Shown one piece after another: positions 63,352-64,000 of a stretch of DNA of 64,000 bases. The number at the start of each line of letters is the position of its first letter. Position 1 is the first letter of the stretch. This stretch comes from Amphiscolops sp. MND2022 (taxonomy: Eukaryota): contig OZ076409.1 in the NCBI GenBank assembly GCA_964187785.1, forward strand, positions 60,266,001 to 60,330,000, written 5' to 3'. Position numbers and translations under genes: made by a program. A model generated the notes under the pieces. That model ran no database searches and had not been told where the DNA came from. It saw only the letters and a list, made by a program, of their open reading frames with translations.

Positions 63352-63905
63352 GGTAAATGGTCACTTGGCTTAATGCCATTTGGCTTAAAGTCATTTGGCT
63401 TAATACAATTGGTCACTTGGCTTAATTTTTTTAGACTAAGTGTCTCGGGTATTGGTCACTTGGCTTGAAGACATTTGACTTAAAACCACTTAGTTGAAAA
63501 CACGTGGCAGATTTTGTCGAATTTATCTTTATAACGAAGTCAGCGTATTATTATAACATGTCATATCAAGTACCCCTCGGATATGTCCCCATTTCCTCTA
63601 GTGCCCTGCGGCCCCTTGGGGCCGCTTATATTCCCATCTTGCTAAGCGAGGTCGAACAGGAGCAAAGACCTAGCGGGAACGAAGATCGCGAAGCGATCGT
63701 AGTGGGAGCTGGTCTTTGCGACGGTGAGGGCGAGCGTGCATACACCGCATATGCCCCACATGATAGTTCCGGGAGTTGACATATTTATTCCTTGAGTTGG
63801 AATGGAGTTGGCTTAATTTTGTGGTCACTTGGCTTAAAATTTTTAAGCCAAATGACTCGACGAAAAAATTAAGCCAAATGGTATTAAGCCAAGTGACTGG
63901 TAACC
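63352..63905. mobile_element. Foldback-type MITE with tandem TGGCTTAA subrepeats and a nested GC-rich insert
   Basis: GGTAAATGGTCACTTGGCTTAA... / ...TTAAGCCAAGTGACTGGTAACC, with an 8-bp TSD GTATTTCT at 63344-63351 and 63906-63913. Confidence 0.85.
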
Positions 63906-64000
63906 GTATTTCTGATCCAAGCTGAATACCGTCATTTGATTGCGTCAAAGTTGTTTGTATAATTAAATTTCACTGCCACTTGCGACATAGATATTAGATA

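Overview
AT-rich, transposon-dense animal (invertebrate) genomic DNA; the organism cannot be determined from the window. The backbone is the middle of one very large + strand cadherin gene, most similar to dachsous. Eight phase-compatible exons from 13865 to 62824 encode six complete and two partial cadherin (EC) repeats, and one intron is GC-AG. The introns and upstream flank hold three full-length Ty3/Gypsy LTR retrotransposons (one with an intact 1295-aa ORF), a near-complete L2/CR1-group LINE, a pogo/Tigger relic, tRNA-derived SINEs, Helentron-associated (HINE/DINE-1-like) repeats and several MITEs. The most striking structure is Gypsy-A (18316-24374). It has no normal 5-bp target-site duplication and is instead flanked by a perfect 164-bp duplication containing a whole 156-bp symmetric cadherin exon and its donor. 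The LTR's terminal CA plus one host G builds a new CAG acceptor for the second copy. The window also opens with an intronless TARG1-type macrodomain ORF and small divergent orphan ORFs that may be cargo of a mobile element. Family assignments come from motif recognition by eye, not database searches.
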